From contig JABLTI010000092.1 of NCBI GenBank assembly GCA_013166835.1, positions 1 to 16,404 of the forward strand: DNA of 16,404 nt. The letters are read 5' to 3'. Positions 7,901-13,367 of the stretch are shown piece after piece. Position numbers and translations under genes: made by a program. Each line of letters begins with the position of its first letter. Within the stretch, counting starts at the first letter, position 1. Origin of the DNA: Promethearchaeati archaeon (GTDB lineage Archaea > Asgardarchaeota > Heimdallarchaeia > JABLTI01). Under the pieces are notes generated by a model that did not search any database, had not been told where the DNA came from, and saw only the letters and a list, made by a program, of their open reading frames with translations.

Positions 7901-8998
7901 AAAGTTTTCAGAAAAGTAGGATTTGAACCTTCTTCTATGGGACCAGGATTATTGCATAGGAGAAAATCAAAATCAGATATTGATAAGAAAGGATTCTACT
8001 TCGATATAATAGAACCCATAGGACCATTAGCTTTAGCTAGTTTACTCAAAGCATTATTTGATGATTTGTTCAATGAGGATGATTGTTTTTTAGAGTTAGA
8101 TGGTAGCGGACAAGAAGTTTACAAAGTAAAAAATTCATCCCTTGAGAAAATCGAAAAATTAGTTGAAGAAGCACTAACAGAACCTGTGTACTATAAAGGA
8201 AAGGAACTGCCTTTTCTAAATGCTTTTGAAGAAAATTTGCTTTCCTTCAGGCAAGCAATCCAACTTTGTTTTGATAAGCTCGAGAAGGATAATACAATAT
8301 CATCAAAAGAAATAACACATTGCATAAATTCAGCTGGGTACTATCCCTTTGTTTTTTGCCCCGTTGAGTGCAAAGAAGATCTGAAAAAAATCTACGATTT
8401 TACGGCTAAGAATGCATCCTTCTTTGAAGGAAGAGAAGAACGAGTACTAGCTGCAAGGGAGAAACGTAGTGACTTTAGGGCAGAAGCAATGAAGAAATGG
8501 TTAGCTAGTAATGGGGAACGAGGAAAAAAGAAGTTAAAATTGACTAGGCATCAAGCGAAGGAACAAGAACGAAGCTTGTTAATAGTATTAATGTTGATGA
8601 ACTTTGGAATACAAATGAATGGTTTCTTTGGTTTTTATTCAACAAGCCAAATCCGAGAAATACTTCAACTAACTCAAAATCAAGTACAGAGAATTCTGAC
8701 ACAAATGGTTACTCGAGACTTTTTGGTGAAAATGAAGTATAAGATGCAAAATTTCTATCAACTTAATCTAGAGAATGAAACAGTGCATAAGATACTCTTT
8801 ACCATTGGAAAAATTCCTTGTGATGATGCAGATAGAACACTCGAACTTATGAGTAACTCAAGAAATGTGCTCTCAAGTGTAGAAAAATTGCTAATGAAAA
8901 TTCAGGATTGCAGAGAAGGATTACCATTAAAAATCGGTTGGTCTGGTTGGAAAATACCAAGTAACGTTGAGCAAATAATCGAGCTTGTTAGTGAGTAA
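4925..8998 (+). CDS. cas1: Giant multidomain Cas1 homologue (stand-alone, Asgard aCas1-like integrase)
   Basis: Cas1 N-domain-like HKVPLEKVKNIYFMG (~7280), then RQLEGLNQDCFF (E at 7703), APLDALINQIL, GFEPSSMGPGLLH (H at 7955) and GFYFDIIEPIGP (D 8003/E 8012). This matches the order of the Cas1 consensus EG..a..Yf / N.lLny.Y / G.dp..G.lH / DlmE.fRp. Also a degenerate helicase-like N-terminus, internal wHTH, CxxC clusters and C-terminal wHTH. ATG 4925 preferred to TTG 4922 on RBS spacing. Confidence 0.8.
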   Translation: MSSIVYPKKRMPISVSLGITTKLAATENINDDMFCAFPFEKQEAILFNTNSMAFICQDHSYRKSMQDELLVFLATRRAYGLKNHTKLPVMIVVKSQKVGKQVAAELARHTTDYKLFNMIFTLKDKINKDLLVKVSKKADFILLTYTQLRDVVYKKACPAIEQIVYVNPLTKYNSHREAITLDDIKDGLHKHKCRKVKFTYIIDAKSFLVLERKDYLHILGADDCLFFGCGEKPLNLLSNESESVLPHLSEEHFQFFVLRELFRKRGNLTELVERFKKTITCKLHLYSYNLTPQNLKKDEEGILSCKMIERKAEIDKKIKGKINKTLLLFKKKTMKTIIGKETYDLEQNKVNFSWEEPIETAPFLPLIEKKKDKYYYLTRLGEAVLIASSIYAGVEVSFSSFLNRMSNTLFKKKRTSPKLSIEEILELYSMLIGCDPVDLSPTIKECLTTDGEQSVDELSTLINEFIVREFGYIMNDYSNHAALTLLEAFEEFMDENALYFIKRLKHLKSKKKKAREVNLPDAILKAVKYKPLMIGEVSQKVKEDYKKTGKELKKLEKKGHVKSIKVIQNDRSTRLKYCQPGVLAKFPYLKKTCGMCVLYRKRFKKCPLLELLAIFDQTAFPTDYLNYIFNYIKENATSCENIVEYSDLVVEGEKIRYTVSREKLEREMGIIEGSFIIGQEVQTKYKCINCKTIIEEFGTGGELFFPRRRILCPNCATGYYKKSEQLILIQTEYRNVLRSIYYKLTGSVPKILQELKPSYAYVIYDYEYANVDMLKNQTLVLEICNHKVPLEKVKNIYFMGEQHVELEEFLTNLAKERSEKYFFTVNRSQQKEQEQNEIIEACEPFSQEQYQLLLKLIAYISDKEILNNAILKSRNLSNIGGLLEYQRFAQEKNQRSSKINKQLYEMTDLFMIVQTGVKSSYYGRQLEGLNQDCFFDLIKEEGRKVGLWTHGRVVSRLVKDLFLSSTIKTSNARAPLDALINQILRQFRFVVNKVFRKVGFEPSSMGPGLLHRRKSKSDIDKKGFYFDIIEPIGPLALASLLKALFDDLFNEDDCFLELDGSGQEVYKVKNSSLEKIEKLVEEALTEPVYYKGKELPFLNAFEENLLSFRQAIQLCFDKLEKDNTISSKEITHCINSAGYYPFVFCPVECKEDLKKIYDFTAKNASFFEGREERVLAAREKRSDFRAEAMKKWLASNGERGKKKLKLTRHQAKEQERSLLIVLMLMNFGIQMNGFFGFYSTSQIREILQLTQNQVQRILTQMVTRDFLVKMKYKMQNFYQLNLENETVHKILFTIGKIPCDDADRTLELMSNSRNVLSSVEKLLMKIQDCREGLPLKIGWSGWKIPSNVEQIIELVSE

Positions 8999-9037
8999 AT
9001 AGATTATTACGAAAATAACAACTAGAAGGATGAAAAA

Positions 9038-10663
9038 ATGATTGATAGAATAATAACAAACAAAAAATCTCTTGTGGAAGAGAAATTCCCAATAAAAACA
9101 ACAAAAAGACGTGAATGGTTAAGGATCGCTAAACTACCCTCAACAAAACCAGCAATTGAAAGCGAAATTTGTTGGAAGGATATTCTTCCAAAAGAGGTTG
9201 AATCACTTGCGTCGGTTCTGGAGACATTGGTGAATAGTTCATATCCTTTTAAACATCAAAAAAAAGCATTAGAGTATCTATTAAGTTCAGAGAAGGAAAA
9301 CAAAAACCTAATCATCAATGGAGGAACTTATTCAGGAAAATCATTGTCATTTAGCGTTCCTGGAGTGGTCAAGCTACTGAAGGGAGAAATTGATTTCATG
9401 GTGTTATTTTATCCTTCGAAGCAGTTACTAATGGATCAATTTGAACAAGTGAAGAAATTTGTAGTAGAGGTAGAGAAACAAACAGGTGTGCGGTTAACAA
9501 CGCGAATGTATAGCGGTGATGTTGGTAGGAGCATTATACTTGGAAAAACGAGTTCAAAAAAGGAGCTTTATGAGACTGAAAATTACCCCCCGAACATTCT
9601 CTTAGCAACATTTGATAAGGTTTGGTATCAGATACTTAGAGGGAATAAAAATCCTTTAATCGAAAAAATCATGAACTGTCAGTATTTAGTGTTTGATGAG
9701 ATCCATGCATTCGAGGGATTTGCAGCAGCCATTATTAAATTGTTTATCCATGTACACAAAACAAAAAATCCTGATTGTCAAACAATCCTTTCATCTGCAA
9801 CGATAGATAGAGTATCAGATTTTGGAGACTCTTTTTTACCTGAATCTAAAATTATCACTTGTCCACCTGTTAGGGGAGAACAAGAATTCATTGGGATAAC
9901 GAGAGAACACACAGTTTCCTTACTTGCAGAGCTCTGGAAAGAATTAGAAACAATACCAGGAAAAACTTGTCTGGTTTTTGTTGATTCAAAAGAAGATATT
10001 GAATTATTAGCTGATAGATTATGCACTGCTCTTAAGCAGGAGCATGATTTTTTTGATGAACGAACTGTGGCAGTGATCCATGCTGATATGCCATATCTCC
10101 AGAGGAAAAAAGTACTTGACGAACTACAAAAGGATAAACAAAACAATATCCGAATCGTGATTTCCTCTTCTGTCCTTGAATTGGGAGTGAATATCCAAAA
10201 CATTCAAACTGTGTTGAATATCGGTATCCCGATCACTCAGAAGGATGGCATTGTTCAAAGGATGGCCCGAAATCGTTCTAAACCGGGAGAGCGAAGAGTA
10301 AATATCTTCATCTTTGATCTAGCAAATGCTCGAGATAAATTTTATTGGGAACACAAGGAAATACTGAAAGAAATCCTTGAGACAAATGCTTGTAATCCAA
10401 TTCTGTACCCGAAGCGAAATGCAAAAGTCTTTGCTGGAATACTAATTTTACTAATTCGTTATGGAATAACAGATTTTCGGGAAATAATGACTTTCTATCT
10501 AAAAGAAGGGATACTTGCTCACGAATTAGCTCGACAACAATACTCGAGATTAGTCACTCAAATGATATTAAAAAAGGATAAAGGAAAATTATTGATCACA
10601 AGTAAGGGAGAAGAACTCTTACTGGAAAAGAAAGAATTAGTACGGAAAGAACAAGACAAGTAG
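9038..10663 (+). CDS. SF2 DEAH-box helicase, YprA/MrfA/Hrq1-like (N-terminal part of a frameshifted gene)
   Basis: Q motif PFKHQKKAL, Walker A GGTYSGKS, Ia FYPSKQLLMDQ, YSGD, Ib ILLATFDKV, II FDEIH, III SSAT, IV LVFVDS, V SSSVLELGVNI, variant VI QRMARNR. Confidence 0.9.
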   Translation: MIDRIITNKKSLVEEKFPIKTTKRREWLRIAKLPSTKPAIESEICWKDILPKEVESLASVLETLVNSSYPFKHQKKALEYLLSSEKENKNLIINGGTYSGKSLSFSVPGVVKLLKGEIDFMVLFYPSKQLLMDQFEQVKKFVVEVEKQTGVRLTTRMYSGDVGRSIILGKTSSKKELYETENYPPNILLATFDKVWYQILRGNKNPLIEKIMNCQYLVFDEIHAFEGFAAAIIKLFIHVHKTKNPDCQTILSSATIDRVSDFGDSFLPESKIITCPPVRGEQEFIGITREHTVSLLAELWKELETIPGKTCLVFVDSKEDIELLADRLCTALKQEHDFFDERTVAVIHADMPYLQRKKVLDELQKDKQNNIRIVISSSVLELGVNIQNIQTVLNIGIPITQKDGIVQRMARNRSKPGERRVNIFIFDLANARDKFYWEHKEILKEILETNACNPILYPKRNAKVFAGILILLIRYGITDFREIMTFYLKEGILAHELARQQYSRLVTQMILKKDKGKLLITSKGEELLLEKKELVRKEQDK

Positions 10664-12117
10664 GGAAGATAACAACGAGAGATGTTTTAAGAAAAGGCTT
10701 GCCAGGAAACGTTCTAACTAGAAACAGGCAAAAATACCTTGTAGAGGATATTAATCAGCAAAACAGTAGTATCTTTGTGAAGAAATACTTACCAAGTCGA
10801 ACAGAAGGATTCGACACAGTACCGATGAATAGTTTAAGTGATCCAAGCATTACAGTAGGAATACTACCGAAAGTAACAGAAGGACCAGAGATGATGAATA
10901 TTAGCTTTGGTCAATTAACAATTGAACGAAAGCCAAAAGCAATAGTCAATTATAAACCTGAGAGGAGGATTACAGAAAATGGTGGTGAAAAGTCTAAGAG
11001 CTATTGCTGGCAAGAATTAACCGAAGAAGAAGCACAAGATTATAGCATCAGAGAGAAAGTAGAGGGAATAACCCTTAGCTTGTTAGTTGAATCGGTGAAT
11101 GGGAAGGGGGGATCGAGTAAGGAAATGCTAAAACTACTTGGAAAAATGCTTCTGATTGAAACAGAAGTAGTGCTAGGAATACCAACTTCGGAAATTGGGT
11201 TAATAAGCAACAATATACAATTAGCATTATTTGATAAAGGAAAAGGGAAGGGAAATGCTGGATATTTGTATGAACAGCTAAAGGTAGTTTCAGAGGAATT
11301 GAGAAAAAGGCTAATGAATTGTTCTTGTGAAGAAGGATGCAAGAACTGTTATGGAGAAATAATAGGTGAGCTGCCAAAAGGTTCGAAAGAGGAATTAATA
11401 CTCTTAGCACAAGATCTAGGAAAAATTGTTGAAGAAGATTCGTATGAAAAACTCGAAAAAGAAATTAACATACAATCAAACTATCAAGAAGGAAAGATCA
11501 TTGCCCTGGCAGACATACACTTGGGAAGTGAGTTCAGTTTAGAAGAAGAATTCTATGAAGCAATAAGCGGTTTGAGTAAACAAGCAGATATTGTGATAAT
11601 AAATGGAGACTTGTTGGATAAAGGAGGAAAGGAAGGACAAAAAGCAGTCAAGAAATTATTAAAGAAAGCAATCAGTGAAGGGTTCTGGTCAAAATTAATT
11701 CTGATAAGAAGCTCGACCATACATGATGCTGCACTGGCAAATTTTGCAAATATACAACAACAAGACTATGCACAGATAGAAACAGAAGCAGGAGAAGTAC
11801 TGTTTGTTCATGGAAACAAAATAGGAATAGATCCAAATGATGTAGTGAAAACAAACGAGGAAGGAGCAATAATAGTAGCTAAAGGAAAACTGATAGCAAA
11901 AAGTAAACTTACCGGTAAAGCAAGAAATTGGTTGCCAAAAATAACAAAAGAAACACACTTGGTAATAGGACACTTACATAAAAGGTTCTTCAATGAAAGA
12001 TACAGAGTATATGGATTAGGACACTGGACAAAGAAAGGGAAAAAATTCGATAAAAAATGTTATTTGATCATTGATTCCTCAAACACTCTTAATGAATTAC
12101 AACTTCAATCATATTAG
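10606..12117 (+). CDS. C-terminal continuation of the helicase: DUF1998-like Zn domain fused to a calcineurin-like metallophosphoesterase
   Basis: The frame is open from 10606, after TAA at 10603-10605; the ORF track starts at TTG 10699 with no good RBS. VGKITTRDVLRKGLPGNVL...KYLVEDIN resembles the post-helicase region of YprA/Hrq1. LFD..G.G.A and CSCEEGCKNC (11320-11349) fit DUF1998. Phosphoesterase motifs DIHLG, NGDLLD, HD, VHG, GHLH (~11490-12114). Confidence 0.8.
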   Translation, partial: GRRTLTGKERISTERTRQVGKITTRDVLRKGLPGNVLTRNRQKYLVEDINQQNSSIFVKKYLPSRTEGFDTVPMNSLSDPSITVGILPKVTEGPEMMNISFGQLTIERKPKAIVNYKPERRITENGGEKSKSYCWQELTEEEAQDYSIREKVEGITLSLLVESVNGKGGSSKEMLKLLGKMLLIETEVVLGIPTSEIGLISNNIQLALFDKGKGKGNAGYLYEQLKVVSEELRKRLMNCSCEEGCKNCYGEIIGELPKGSKEELILLAQDLGKIVEEDSYEKLEKEINIQSNYQEGKIIALADIHLGSEFSLEEEFYEAISGLSKQADIVIINGDLLDKGGKEGQKAVKKLLKKAISEGFWSKLILIRSSTIHDAALANFANIQQQDYAQIETEAGEVLFVHGNKIGIDPNDVVKTNEEGAIIVAKGKLIAKSKLTGKARNWLPKITKETHLVIGHLHKRFFNERYRVYGLGHWTKKGKKFDKKCYLIIDSSNTLNELQLQSY

Positions 12118-12258
12118 CAGTAAATTATCTTCGAGATGATTCATTTTTCTAAATAAAACAAATAAATGTTATAATTCATCCTAAAAAGTTAATAATATAT
12201 TTAATATACAAAGACATCATTTTAGATTAAGATATTAATTAAATTTTGTTAACGAACC

Positions 12259-12339
12259 TTAACCATAACCTTCGTTATCAGAATCGGAATCTTTAGGATC
12301 AGTTTGGTAACTGTTCACTTCTAAGCCATCCAGTAAACC
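12259..12339 (-). pseudogene. Remnant of a DxDxDG (thrombospondin type-3-like, Ca-binding) repeat protein
   Basis: Manual translation GLLDGLEVNSYQTDPKDSDSDNEGYG* matches the repeat DGLxDGxEVxxYxTDPxxxDSDxDG. Bounded by in-frame stops, no start codon. Confidence 0.7.
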
Positions 12340-12487
12340 ATGTCACAAGAAAAGGGTGTTTAAATAGACTAAAACATTATTAATTACTGATAAAGAAATC
12401 AGATAATTATATAACAGTTAGATTATACAAAATATATTTTTGTCGTAATAATTCTAATTCTGTGTATTTTCTTAATTTTCTCTAGGT

Positions 12488-12544
12488 TTTATATAGCGTA
12501 GAAAGTGACTGCTTTTTGAACGTAAAGTTCAATCAATAATGGAG
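12488..12544 (+). promoter_or_regulatory. Promoter of the Fn3 gene: TATA box, palindromic operator and RBS
   Basis: TTTATATA 12488-12495; TTGAAC-N5-GTTCAA 12516-12532 at the expected start site; GGAG 12541-12544 before ATG 12553. Confidence 0.6.
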
Positions 12545-12552
12545 ACTGAAAT

Positions 12553-12936
12553 ATGAAAATCAGAAATAAGACAATTCTAAGTATTCTTGGGATTGTAACG
12601 ATATTAGTATTCCTAACAGTTATTCAAGTTAAAGCAACAACTCCAGATCCACCTAGGTATTTTACAACATGGGATTTAGAAAATAATACAATACTATTGA
12701 CATGGAAATCACCAAGCAATATATTAGCTGAAAAATATGACATAGACTGGCGATATAGTACAGGTGATTCTTGGAGTAATTTAGTTGAACAAAACCAAGT
12801 TGGCGGTATAGATGTTGGACAATCATATCCAGTTTATAACCTTGAAGCTTATCACACGTATTACTTCAGAATAAGAGCATATGCAGATGCAACTTGGGGA
12901 GGATGGGCTTACACATCAGGTTGGTGTTCGGAATAA
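12553..12936 (+). CDS. Small secreted or membrane-anchored fibronectin type III domain protein
   Basis: Signal peptide MKIRNK plus hydrophobic stretch ending VKA. Fn3 pattern PDPP...ILLTWKSP...YDIDW...VYNLEAYHTYYFRIRAY...GGW. Confidence 0.85.
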   Translation: MKIRNKTILSILGIVTILVFLTVIQVKATTPDPPRYFTTWDLENNTILLTWKSPSNILAEKYDIDWRYSTGDSWSNLVEQNQVGGIDVGQSYPVYNLEAYHTYYFRIRAYADATWGGWAYTSGWCSE

Positions 12937-12949
12937 TAATCTATATAGT

Positions 12950-12977
12950 TTACCTCCTATGGAGGTAATCTTTTTTT
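12950..12977 (+). terminator. Hairpin plus T-tract terminator after the Fn3 gene
   Basis: TTACCTCC-tat-GGAGGTAA (8-bp perfect stem, 12950-12968) followed by T7 at 12971-12977. Confidence 0.7.
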
Positions 12978-13367
12978 CTAATTACAAATAATTTTTCATG
13001 AAGAATTTAGTACCTGAATTCTAATTTTACAAATCAAAATTGATTTTCTATTTTCAATTTATATATACATAAATATTATTGGTTTTTGTCAAAAAGTTTT
13101 TTGTTTATTTTTTAATAGATTACCAAAAGGGTTTTTTCAATATTTCTCTTCTTAATATAATGTTTATGCATAGTGTCTTTGTATAAGAAAGAACCTATAT
13201 ATTGATTGAAATTCTTCCATTGAAGATTTCGAATACTTTTAAACTATAATATTATTTCCATTTCTAATAAAGGATTGAAAAATATGATATACATGAGGAT
13301 AAGAATAAAATTATACATGTAATCCTAAGTATTATATTAAAGTCGGGTAGATACTGGAGTTCTATTG

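Noticed and set aside
10570-10581. A-AAA-AAG slippery heptamer as the programmed frameshift joining the helicase halves
   Set aside because: The -1 frame hits TAA at 10579-10581 and again at 10603-10605, so slipping here cannot reach the downstream ORF.
12250-12277. TAACGAA-N14-TTCGTTA inverted repeat and the GTTAACGA 8-mer shared with 1336-1343 as element ends
   Set aside because: Short AT-rich matches expected by chance; the repeat partly lies within the pseudogene remnant.
12118-13364. CRISPR array near the cas1-like gene
   Set aside because: No regularly spaced 25-40 bp direct repeats seen here or in 4631-4920; only low-complexity AT-rich sequence.
4631-13364. Casposon with terminal inverted repeats and target duplication
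   Set aside because: No PolB gene and no convincing TIR or TSD between the flanks by eye; a computational repeat search is still warranted.
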